A stretch of 64,000 nucleotides of DNA from NCBI GenBank assembly GCA_002633005.1, contig NMRA01000016.1, positions 1,525,860-1,589,859 of the forward strand, given 5' to 3'. The notes under the pieces are model-generated. The model was not told the origin of the DNA, did not search any database, and saw only the letters and a list, made by a program, of their open reading frames with translations. Below, in pieces: positions 52,401 through 62,790 of the stretch. The number at the start of each line of letters is the position of its first letter. The stretch's first letter is position 1. The position numbers and the translations under genes were made by a program. The stretch comes from Phoronis australis (Eukaryota; Animalia; Phoronida).

Positions 52401-55400
52401 TCTGAAATTGTTGAGATCGAGATCTTACGGTATGCGTGCGTGTCTAAAGTAAAGACCATTCCTTTCTGTTCTGTGTCTTGTCAAGGTTCATTAGTTTGGA
52501 GCTATTGTTTATAAACAAGGGAACATTAACTAGAATATCTCATTGTCAAATCAGGGTATTCTTACCAAAATCATGTTTTAAATTAAAAATACGCACTCTG
52601 GTTATAGTGCTGCTTTTTGATAACTAAAAATATTTTGATTACTGATTTCTGAAATAACAAAGCGATAGTTACTTACTTTGAGGTGGTGATGTATCAACAT
52701 CATAGCTACATGTTAAACGGTATTCATTCTGCTGATAAATTACAAAATTTCATTTTTATGGTGCAGTACTGTCTCAAAGAACATCTTGATTACTTTAAGC
52801 TGTTACAGAACTTTGAACTAAATTTTCACGGAAACAATATTCAACACATTTCAAGTTTGTTTTCTCACTTGGCATGATATAGAAACTTGTTTAACATACT
52901 ATCAGCAATGTGTGAAAGTCTGTTCGTTTCAGTGTTGCCTTCATGCAGGGGGATGACTCTTGTCATAATTAAGTGATCACATTCATTTTTTACCGCAGAC
53001 AAAAGACTTCAGATTCAAGTTAACTACCGTTGACAGAGTTTACATATTTTCATCAGATGACAGGGGTAAGTTTGTTTAGCCATGTGAATGTTGTTTATTT
53101 TGTGTTTTGAAGAGTATTCATAGTTGTGGTGAATTGGTGATCTAAGCAGGTTGAACATTGTCTTGCATACAAAAAGGTGCTGTATAAAGTGTGCTGTGGC
53201 AGACGCTGATCCAAAAGGGAGTCCAGGAGGTCCAACCCCGGGCTTAGTCACTTTTACATTCCATATTGCAGAAATGTCAAGTGCTTACTATATTTGTCCC
53301 TTGTTGCTCCCTCTAGACAAAATTAAAAAGCCAGTTATTTGTGCCATTTTTCATGTAGACTTTTATGCACCCACATACCGTGCATGTTGGTGTGTATTCT
53401 ACTTCTCTCAGTTTGAGTATCCAAGCTCTTTGTAAAATTTGCCAGGTGTGTTTTTAACAACATGACGGATAAGGAAGACTTTTGGACAGATTAGCTACTG
53501 CTGTGCCTCCTAGTGACAATTTCTTGTTTGTGTTTGCTGTCTGCAAAGTCTCTCAATACATTTTTTATGAAACTTGCCAAATTTGTTTATATCAACGAGG
53601 GGTTGTTACATGCCTCTCTTGTGTTGTGCACGATTTCAGTATTTTGGTTCTGTTTTTGGAGTCTACCTCTGTATTTGCCAAGTTGAAGGATCGTCATGAA
53701 GTTTTAGGGATACGTTTCTGTTGATTATAGAAAAGTCTGAAACAAATGAACATACCATACATTTCCATCCTTTGTGGTGCACATAGTGCGTTCAAGTTTT
53801 TATTCAATGTTGTTGCTCCTGGTAACACTAGAGGTATTTTTCCACTTTTTGGTTTTGGTTCTTAATACATTTTTTGAAAGAACCCCGTGTGGCAGTTTGA
53901 CATGTGGAACTGTTGTAGTTCAACAATGTGCCAAACAACAGCATCTGATTTTATTATTTAATTTGATCATTTGAAAGCAACATGGCCCAATGCTAATCAC
54001 TCATTGTGTGATTGCAATTGTCACAAGCAGGTTACAAGTTTTAGTCGTTTTTTGATATTAGAAACCAGCACAAACAAGACAGGGTGGCTCATTTACAATA
54101 ATTGTATCTTTACCCAGTATATGGCTCCAGCTAATCAATTCTCATTGGTCTTGCGCTCCACATAACTATTCCTGAAAAATAATCAAATCTCGCTTGAGCA
54201 AAAATACAGTCTTTGAGAATATACAAACAACTGCTCGTTAGTTCTATAATTTCTATGAATTATTTCTAGACTGTGATGTGCTCGTAAGTATTTGACCAAA
54301 TCTTTATTCCGCAATTGACCTATCGCCAGGATTTTGAGTGACGGCTTAACTGACCAATCAGAATGCAGCATTCTTGACACACCTTTGCTTCCAAGCCGCC
54401 ATTTTACCCGACAAACAACACGTTGCCCGGTAAAACTTATTGCTTGTTTGTCAACATTTCGCAAAAGTGGGGCGGAGCTTGCAACAGGTCAGTTGGGAAG
54501 TGGGAGGGTAAGACCAAATATCTGTCTCAAGACTTTAGTCACTTTCATGAAACAGACGTGTTCCACGGGATAGTAATGCACAGCTGTTGTTTCCTTCTCA
54601 GACTCCATTCTGCAGTGGACTAGTACTCTAATGCAGGCAATACTCAGTTACAAACCTCCCGCAGAGGGATTCAAGTATGGCGGAGATATGTGCAACCCAG
54701 ATAAAGAGGTAAGATTGAATTTTTTTTACAAAGGTGAGTCGAAAATATTATCATCAATGATTTTGTATATAAGAAAGCACTCTAAAGCTACACCCCATTC
54801 CACTTACTGGGTAAGGGGAATCGAGAAATATGCAAATTAAAGCTGCATTTGGCTGCTGTTTAACTGGTAATGTTGAATATTCGAAATGTTTTGAGGTTTA
54901 AAAACATTAGCAATACATATGAAAATGCTGGCCATTTTCTTCGAGGCCCTAAAGTTGCACCCTTATCAGATCTTTAATTGCTGTGGAATGAGGCAATGAA
55001 TACATGACTGTGCCATTTGCATATCTGTAATTTTGCTGTTGGTCATCCCCATTAAGTTCTGAAACATTTTCTTGAATCTCAAACGGTTTCAAAGTTGTTG
55101 TTACTCTATTACACATGATAAGAAATATTGTTATATCAATTTGGTGAGAGTGAATGATTTGTTCCATTTTTGTTTAACAAGCAGTTAGGCTAAGTGCAGC
55201 TTTAAGTGTATCACACTAGACTTGATTGAGGAATTGAAGTGAATAGCAATTTCACTAACTTTCCGGTAAATCCCGGTGGTAGATGTTTGTAATTCCGCAT
55301 GAAGGAATTTTAACTGTCTTGTTCATGATTATTGTAATTTTTGTGTTCCTTTTTCAGGGATATATTGGCATTGGCAATGAAAAGGGTAAACGATATTTCG

Positions 55401-58400
55401 TTGTCAAGAACGCCAAAGTCTGCTATTACAACAGTTATGATGTAAGTACTGTCTTGTTTCTCATACCTTCTCATGGTAATTCGTGGCAAGTCTTCAGTCA
55501 GATTTGTTCACCAGTCAGTTTTGCTTTATGGAGAAACTTATGAATAATTGGCAACGTTTTGTCAGCCACAACTAACTTTATCAAGCATGTAGGACATCTG
55601 TTGGACATTGTCAGAAATGAATCAAGCGACGGGAAGTAAGTTTTTTTTATTTTATAAGAATCTTGTTTCCCACCTTTTGACTAATTCATGGCAATTTTCA
55701 AAAGCTAGCGAAAATTCTCGCGTTTTAACCATTTATTGAACAGGGTGTAAGATACCGTTTTGTGGTGTTAATCTTGTCACGAGAAGGCAGTGCCATATTA
55801 TGTCAAACCCCTCGTTTATTTCTAGGACTATAAAGTGGCAACTCCGATTCACGAAATTGAGATGAACCTGGCCTCGGTGAAAGAACAATTTGGAAAGAAC
55901 AAGATACAACTGTCCACACCTTACAGGCATTATATGTGCGTATAAGAGCCTAATATGTTTTAAGACGTAGCATGATTTAAGACTTGAAGATTAAATAGTG
56001 TGATAGCGAACAGGGACTTAAACTTGACCTAATATCACATTTTGATACACAAGTTAAAATAGCTGGTCAAGGCAACAGGAATTTCCTTCATTTGCAGGCA
56101 TTTTGTAGTTCTCATCGGCCCACAGTACAATAAAATTTTCACTTGTCGGCTTTATGAGAAATGCACTGCGTTAAATCTGCAAGATGCAAGTGAACTGATA
56201 GTGACGTTGAATATTGTCGGCCATCTTGTGAAGCAGTTTATTTTCACGTGTCACATGGATATCAAAAAATGGCTATAATTTCCTTTACCAGTACACACAT
56301 GGTCGAACACTTAAATATCACTTGTGAAAGTACGGTAAAATCTCAATTTCGCACAAAAATACTTGCCGAAATGGCACTTTAATTTGTCACTTTTCAAAGT
56401 CTTTTAATGATTGTTGTGACTGCCCTAGTTTTTTCAAATGTTGCATTTTGTTAGCTGTGGTACAGAACCTGGACATGCCAATGCGTCATTGGCGAGCTTT
56501 TATGACGGTGTCAAATTTCATTTTCTCTTTCGTAAGACTCATGAGTGTCTTATCTCAAACACTTAAACTACACATGTTACCCTCATCTCCTCAGTTGGAG
56601 TTGTGGTAGAAAATTCTGAGCCAAACCTCGTGTTTGTGGGTGGAAGATATAGATTGTAGTACTGTGGTATTGCTGGGCTTTCTAAGTATGAGTGAGATCA
56701 ATTGTGAAAGTCTTTCACTCTGATGTACTGTTTTCAGGTTGAGTTTTGACTCAGCTCAAGAGGTTGGCCAGTGGATGAGTGCTTTCCGAGAAGCTATCAC
56801 AGAGGGTTTGTCGGATGATACGGTGAGTTGGTTTGGCAAATTTTGTATGATTGGATTTACAGCATCGCAAGAGTGAAAACTGACCATGATCCAGCTTGTA
56901 TTGTTTGTACGCGATCGTAGCTTTTAATAAAGAACACATTTTTTATTTTATATATTAAACCCAAGTTGGTACGAGTCATCTCTCGTATATATAGGTTATG
57001 CCATTACATAAGAATGCTATTGCCATGTCCTATCTCGAATTCATTTCATGTGTGAATGTCCCAATTAGTCTGACTGAAATCGCAGCAATAACCTGTTGCC
57101 ATGTGCTTTGGCTTGTTGTTATGTGATGTCATATATAATTCTAAGTGTACCCACGCCGATTAAGCGACAACCTTTTCTATAATTAAAGTACGGTGTTTAA
57201 TAACTACACAAAGTTTTATTTCATAAAAAATGAGAACAATTTTCAGTTTAGGAAATACAAATTAAAGTTAACACAAGAACAAGTCAAGTCTGAAAGTTTG
57301 TTGGATACTTAGAAACAATATATCTGGGAATACAAAATTTGAACATTAACTAAATAGTTGTCTAGGTGTGTGTCATTTTTAAGTTAGCTTTGTTGCATTT
57401 CTATTTTTCATTTCCTAGCTGAGGTCTGGAATGAAAATAGTGATAGACATATCTCTTCCTTTAATCACAGCACCTGAAAATAACGATGAAAACTGTGTTT
57501 GGAAGAATGCTGCAAGAAGACAATTCTGTCACTAAAAATGTGTACTCGATATTGGGTCGCAATGTCCTGTACATAATTATCTTATTCTCAGTGTAAATAA
57601 ACCGAATGCATTCATAACAAAACGTTTTCGCTTCATTTGAATTAGATTTGTGACCAGTTTTTTGGGGGACGTTATCTAGACATTTGACCTATTTCTGATG
57701 ACCTAGATTAAAAATAGCGAAGCTTTAAAATAGCTGCCTAATCACCATGGGTCGAAATTTTCATCAGCAAATTTTTGCTGAAAGTTCTACATAGTTTTTA
57801 GAGCAGTAAGACTGCTCTTTGAGGAAAGACGCCTTGAAGCAATGGTTCAGGAAACCTAAAGGAACGAGCGCAATCAAATTTGACGTTGTACATGTGAATT
57901 TTCTCTACCAGGCAACTGTACACCAACCATAGAAGACGGATTGGCTCAGCTTTCTCATATTTAATAGCGTATTCCGCGGCTTTCCAGGCATATGTGGGAT
58001 AAATATATTTATAAAAATTTTCTATATGTAGCTATGCATACACGCACGCATGCAAACGTGACATTTTCAAAACTGTGTCAAGTGAGAAGCTAATGACAGG
58101 AAGTCACACTGTAGTCACTCAGTTTTGGAATGCGTTCTGCAAAACTTAGAAAGTTATAAAGTTTTCCCAATTCACATCAGTCATGAAATTTAAGTCCAGT
58201 TTTAAAAGTTTCATTTCCTTTACCCTTCCGTGTTGTCACACTACAGTAGCATGACAAGTGGCTGGTGTCTGAAAATCATTATTTAAGTAACATTTGAACT
58301 GAAATTGCATTGCATTTTTCTCTTCTATTTCACAGCACTTTGGTGATCTGTGCGTGTTTGTGTTTGTTGTGAGTGTTTGCTCTTGTTGTTTTGGCCGTTA

Positions 58401-61400
58401 GTGACACATGAGGTACATCTGTTGTTCCTAATGATGCGTTAAGATTAATTAGTAAAATTTAGTTACACGTTGATCGTGAACTCATTTCTATCTGTGCTGA
58501 GAATCAGATTGCTGCCATTTAATGAATTCCGTAATTTACTGTATATTTTCATCGTATTATTTTCAAAATACTAATTCAGCCTGTGTTATTTCTGTTCTCT
58601 AGGTGTTGTCAGGGGCAATGGTGTTCTCGCACGAGTTACTAGTAATATGTAAATGAGTCACTACGGAGAGTGCCTATAAACCTTCCTTCCATCACATAAA
58701 ACAACTTTTGTCTTAGACCACTTACCGTCATGAAATTGTTCCTTAGTCTTGGAGGTGTTTTCATGGCTTGGAAAGAACTGACATTTTGTCTTCGCTTGAG
58801 ACGAGGCTCTACAAGTGGGCGTGTCACAACGTGTCATTTTATGCACCGACCATCATCTCAAGGAATAAAGATTGTCAGTTTTTTGCAAAACCGTTTCCCA
58901 TATGAGTAAAGATTAGTTGAGACTAAATTTATGGCAACAAATGGTCTAAATCAAATGTTTATTTCTTGAATACTACGCAGGTTTATGGCCACTTTAATGT
59001 TTTTAATTTCAACGCAAGTTAATTGTCTGAATTTATTGTAAATCAACCGCAGTTAACAGAATGTGTGCTGACTGGTGGTGAGAACCCTGAGTGGGGGGCC
59101 TCACAGCTGTTGTGCTAACTTTGTCTGTAAAATTTGTATACGTTTCAGGTGATGAATCGACTTTACGAGAATCCTAGTAACAGGGTGTGTGCTGATTGTG
59201 GGCAGGAGAACCCCGACTGGGCAGCTACACATCTGTTGGTCGTCATCTGTAAGAAGTGCGCTGGTAAGTGTGGTTCAAAGGGTTCTGTGACCATGGGCTG
59301 GCAATTAATAACATAAAAATCAGAAGAGATGCAATTTAATTACATCAAAAGTGTCTTTCTGTGTACTGTGGTATCATAACGCATTGATGCGCTGCATAAA
59401 ACAAAGTTTTTACAATATGCGTGGGGATTTCGTGAACTCAGTATTTAGCTATGGGAATAATGGTGTATTCAAAAACCCAGTTCATGAAATTGATTTGACG
59501 TCTTCTTTGTTGAGTTTAATTCTTGTCATGTGGTCCTGAGAGCTTTCAGTGTTTGTAGTGTGACATTTAATGAAGTCGTGTCACTGTACAGTTGTTGTCT
59601 AGGATATGGCTTTATGCATAAAGTTGGGCTCAGTTATTGCATTACGGCAGTTCTGTGATGTCGTGGTAAAGGTCTGTGCTCTGTGACAGACATCTACATA
59701 GTCCCCATGCTGTGTCTCTTGATGATGTCACTTTTTATTTTGAAAACTTCACATTTCAACATTCAATTATCCAACTGTGATATGAAAATATCTTGAAATT
59801 AATTGTGTCTGATCTGGTTGTATTACATTTTTTTCAGGAATCCATAGAGAACTGTGGCCATTTAAGGTTAAATCTCTTAGGATGGACCTCAAAGTGTGGA
59901 AACCTACTCTTATAGAGGTGTGTAGCTTGACAAGATGGAGTTAGCTATTATTAAAATCTTTTTGGTCTATTTACACCGACCTCTTGTCTAATGACACTGT
60001 CATGATATTTTGGTCAGTCTATTCTCTGGCCATCGTTAGGTGTTCCTGCATTCTTAGAAGAACGAGCACGGATATGTGGTACACTCATGGTGTGATTTTT
60101 TGTCCGAGGCAGGATTTGAACCCATGACTTCTGAAACTACAGATAATTCGAGTCCAGCACCATAACCACTACACCACTTAGAGGGAATTTTATTATACTT
60201 AAACCTTCCAAAGTAGACTGAGCCTGGTGTCACTTGGTTGTTTGCTTGGCTGACTGAAGACATTGCCTTTTTGCTTTCATGTACATGGCTTCCTTGATCT
60301 TTCTCTTGATCCAACCTGTTTCACTGTCACGTATTCGGATGTTATTCCACTGGATATTGTGTTGTTTTGACCACATGTGTTCAGCTACTCCTGATGACGT
60401 ATTACGCTCTCTACAACACCTCTTGTGTTCAGCAATTCTCGTCTCCAGTGGTCTTAATGTTTCACCGATATACGATTCACCACATTCACATGGGATTTCA
60501 TAGATGACATTTTTCTTTTTCCCCATGTCAGTTCTTGGTTTGACTTTTGTCAGTCACCGACCCAGTGTGTCTGAGCTGCGGTATACTGTTCTTATTTTAA
60601 ATTCTTTACATATGCATCCTAGCTTCTCGGTTATTCTGGGTATAGACGGTAATCACACCATGAGTGTACCACATATCCTTGCTCGTTCTAAAAACGCGGA
60701 AACACCTGACGATGGCTGGAGAATAGACCGACCGAAACGTCGTGACAGTGCAAATAGACAAGAGGTCGGTGTAAAATAGACCAAGAGATTTTTATAATTG
60801 TCGTAACATGCCACCACCTCAGAGCAGTTTTAGAAAGTCAAGATGGAGTTGGATTCATTAGTGCAGAGATTCATAAGGGAAGTGTTTCGTCTGGCCAATC
60901 ACACCTGTGTGTTGATAAATTCAAGGTGTTGATTGTTAAGGGGAAAGGTGATACAGCAAAAGTTCACAAGTTTGGGACAGCCTCTAGAATTTTGGACACT
61001 GAAATTCAATCCAAAATTGAACTTTTCTTTTTGAGGATTGGGACTTAGGCAATTTTAGCACTTATCTTAGTTCTGAGATATCGGACACTGCGTTTTGTAT
61101 GAACAGAGTCTGAAAAATTAAAATGTACTTTTCAGTTGACAAAATCGTCAAAAGTGGACGCTGATGTGTTTTCGTGAATCCCCATTGTGCAAAACTTCGA
61201 GGTGAATGTTCATTTGTCGTTAATCATAGGCGGATCCAGGGAGGTCAAGGGGGTATGGACCCCATCCTTTTTCCCTTGATTTTAGTGATATCAAATCTAG
61301 AATTTTCAAATTGTTGACTTAGACCCCCTTTTTTATAAAAATCCTTCATCCGATCGCATCCTTTTAAAAAATCCTGGATCTGCCCCTATTGATCGTAATT

Positions 61401-62790
61401 CTTGAATTTAAGACGGCCAGGATTGGCTATTTCTAAAACTTGGTGCAAGCTTGGACCTTGAGTTTAATTAATTAATTTTCACTGTCTCAAACTGGAACAT
61501 TTCCACGTTAATCAAGTGCTTGGTTATAGTCTACTGTGTGTGTTAGCTTGGTAATAGAGAAAGCTCGGGGGCCCCTGATGTTTGAGTCTGTTGTTGGAGT
61601 ACTGCCTGCTGTGTCAAAATGAAAACTGTTGCCTGCTCTAAACTTTTGTACTTCTCCAAATAAAATACCGGTAAATTGCCTTACATGATCATGTGTCTGC
61701 TAGTTTCACATCTAGTTATCTTCTTCGACGTTTTGGAGAAATCAAACTCTCTTAGGTCAAAAAGTCTCATGTCAAACTTTTGAATCTGTAATTTGCCTAC
61801 AAGAAGGACTGTATCGGTTTGTATTCAACGTTTGCCGTGTAATTTGTGTAACAAATGAAGAAAATTCGGTTGGTGTCTGAAGTAACAAGTAAAATAAATA
61901 TTACTGGGTGTCTTATCTTTTCCACAGCTTTATGTGACGTATGGTAACGAGGCAGCCAATTCCCTCTGGGAGTACTCTCTAGCCATTGGAGATAATATAC
62001 AGAGTGACTGTGACATGTGAGTAACTGACTAGACGTCTTTAGTTAGACTAGTCCCATGCTGCACAAATTCCTTAAAGTTCGAGTCATCAGTTCCCAGATA
62101 TGTACCTTTTGCGGAACAGATACCATCCATAATGTGAACGAAAAGTACTGAGAATTTAATATGATATGTGATTTATTCAAAGTAATTAGACCACCGGCCC
62201 TTTTTACAGAAATAGACACATTATATAAACACACAGACACCCACGTACTGGTATTAACAAAGTGCAAATGCGAGAGAAAGAGCAAAACAAATGAAACAAA
62301 ATCTACAATTCAAAATCTAATACTAACAGTACATCTCCATTTCTCTGCATGGACCAGGAGCTTGGCTACATTGTTCATGACATTAATATTTTGTGAACTC
62401 ACGAAGCAACCAAAGATACATGGTACGTCTATTACAGCAATTGGATTAATGAATCATTAGGCTTAAAACAGAAATGTTTGTCTATTACAAATATTCTACG
62501 AAAATCGTAATTATTCTAAATTCAACATTAGATGAACTCCTGTAATGGTGATTAGCAATGTGCAATTAATTATTTGTGATGTCACAGGAGTGAGTGTCTG
62601 TGTGCTTGTGTAAGGAACTCATCAACTTGTCCTAGCTGTACCGTTCATCTGATGTACGAATTAATTATATTATGTAAACCTTGTCCACTATTTTACTATT
62701 AGGTCCAGAAGAAAAGATTTCATTGTGGATAAGTATTGCAAGAAAAGCTTCCTAAAACACCACCTCTTATCGGGAGATCACCTTAACGAG
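43947..62790 (+). CDS. ARAP1: ARAP-family protein (Arf-GAP with Rho-GAP, ANK and PH domains; likely co-ortholog of ARAP1/2/3), 14 exons, 3'-partial
   Basis: Exons 43947-46419, 49462-49628, 50392-50432, 51348-51429, 51926-51988, 52999-53065, 54602-54708, 55358-55441, 55826-55935, 56738-56822, 59149-59263, 59838-59917, 61928-62016, 62703-62790; GT-AG and phase-consistent. Domain order SAM - long Pro-rich region - PH - PH - ArfGAP (CADC..W..ICKKCAGIHR) is the ARAP architecture; ANK and RhoGAP domains lie beyond the window. Confidence 0.9.
47233..47309. repeat. Short tandem duplication, 2 x ~42 bp
   Basis: TTGGAGACTATTTGCTGTTGA(A/G)TTGGTTCCACTCG occurs twice. Confidence 0.85.
48982..49140. mobile_element. 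Tc1/mariner-pogo-type MITE
   Basis: TA|TCGTAATCGTTCGGGTTAACGCCC ... GGGCGTTAACCCGAACGATTACGG|TA; TA TSD; four internal TTAACCGCCC repeats. Confidence 0.9.
49462..49628 (+). CDS. ARAP1: ARAP exon (linker)
   Basis: ttccag|..TPQLDTSCGASEGSLSDGGEFLSIDSLTSP...PHVP|gtaggt; phases fit both neighbours; acceptor less certain. Confidence 0.7.
50392..50432 (+). CDS. ARAP1: ARAP exon (PH1 start)
   Basis: KSMEKSGYLFKHAG. Confidence 0.85.
51348..51429 (+). CDS. ARAP1: ARAP exon (PH1)
   Basis: KQDHKRLLKKKWVTFSNGCLRYYKNNK. Confidence 0.88.
51926..51988 (+). CDS. ARAP1: ARAP exon (PH1)
   Basis: HRISDRIIPVSTMKNVENDIR|gtaagt. Confidence 0.8.
52999..53065 (+). CDS. ARAP1: ARAP exon (PH1)
   Basis: TKDFRFKLTTVDRVYIFSSDDR|gtaagt. 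Confidence 0.85.
54314..54493. mobile_element. MITE family A, copy 3 (best preserved)
   Basis: ATTGACCTATCGCCAG ... TTGCAACAGGTCAGT; body shared with the 5964 and 28901 copies. Confidence 0.8.
54602..54708 (+). CDS. ARAP1: ARAP exon (PH1 C-helix Trp / PH2 start)
   Basis: SILQWTSTLMQAIL...NPDKE|gtaaga. Confidence 0.87.
55358..55441 (+). CDS. ARAP1: ARAP exon (PH2)
   Basis: GYIGIGNEKGKRYFVVKNAKVCYYNSYD. Confidence 0.87.
55826..55935 (+). CDS. ARAP1: ARAP exon (PH2)
   Basis: DYKVATPIHEIEMNLASVKEQFGKNKIQLSTPYRHY. Confidence 0.87.
56738..56822 (+). CDS. ARAP1: ARAP exon (PH2 C-helix)
   Basis: LSFDSAQEVGQWMSAFREAITEGLSDDT. Confidence 0.88.
59149..59263 (+). CDS. ARAP1: ARAP exon (ArfGAP zinc finger)
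   Basis: NPSNRVCADCGQENPDWAATHLLVVICKKCA. Confidence 0.93.
59838..59917 (+). CDS. ARAP1: ARAP exon (ArfGAP catalytic Arg)
   Basis: IHRELWPFKVKSLRMDLKVWKPTLIE. Confidence 0.9.
60103..60183 (-). pseudogene. tRNA-like cassette (Pol III A and B boxes) inside the Penelope-like element
   Basis: Minus strand: CTCTAAG TG GTGTAGTGGTTATGGTG CTGGA CTCGAATTATCTGTAGT TTCAG AAGTC ATGGG TTCAAAT CCTGC CTCGGAC. A box TGGTGTAGTGG, B box GGTTCAAATCC; anticodon-like stem CTGGA/TTCAG; stems eroded. Confidence 0.65.
60703..60744 (+). ncRNA. Minimal type I hammerhead ribozyme (PLE type); decayed inverted copy at 60001-60042 (-)
   Basis: CAC-CTGACGA-T-GGCTGG(AGAATAGA)CCGACC-GAAA-C-GTC-GTG: helix I CAC/GTG, core CUGANGA, helix II, GAAA, palindromic ACGT helix III, GUC cleavage triplet. 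Confidence 0.8.
61227..61388. mobile_element. MITE with GGCGGATCCAGG-type ends
   Basis: ATAGGCGGATCCAGG ... CCTGGATCTGCCCCTAT inverted termini. Confidence 0.7.
61928..62016 (+). CDS. ARAP1: ARAP exon (ArfGAP)
   Basis: LYVTYGNEAANSLWEYSL. Confidence 0.9.
62703..62790 (+). CDS. ARAP1: ARAP exon (ArfGAP end)
   Basis: SRRKDFIVDKYCKKSFLKHH. Confidence 0.88.

Larger units (their letters stand above)
59943..60838 (-). mobile_element. 5'-truncated Penelope-like retroelement (C-terminal GIY-YIG type) with inverted pseudo-LTRs
   Basis: Minus-strand remnant 60649->60230 encodes a PLE linker (IPRITEKL..ICKEFKIRTVY) and GIY-YIG (VIYEIPCECGESYIGET.RPLETRIAEH...VAEH...KIKEA). Inverted arms at ~59947-60097 / 60651-60799; 12-bp TSD CAAGATGGAGTT at 59931-59942 and 60839-60850. 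Confidence 0.92.

Noticed and set aside
60103-60183. Functional tRNA gene (apparent CGA anticodon with intron)
   Set aside because: Acceptor, D and T stems are mismatched, the long variable arm expected of tRNA-Ser is absent, and it lies inside a retroelement.
60554-60556. In-frame TGA in the PLE ORF as selenocysteine
   Set aside because: Not at a Cys-like position, no SECIS recognised, and the context fits CGA->TGA CpG decay seen throughout the element.
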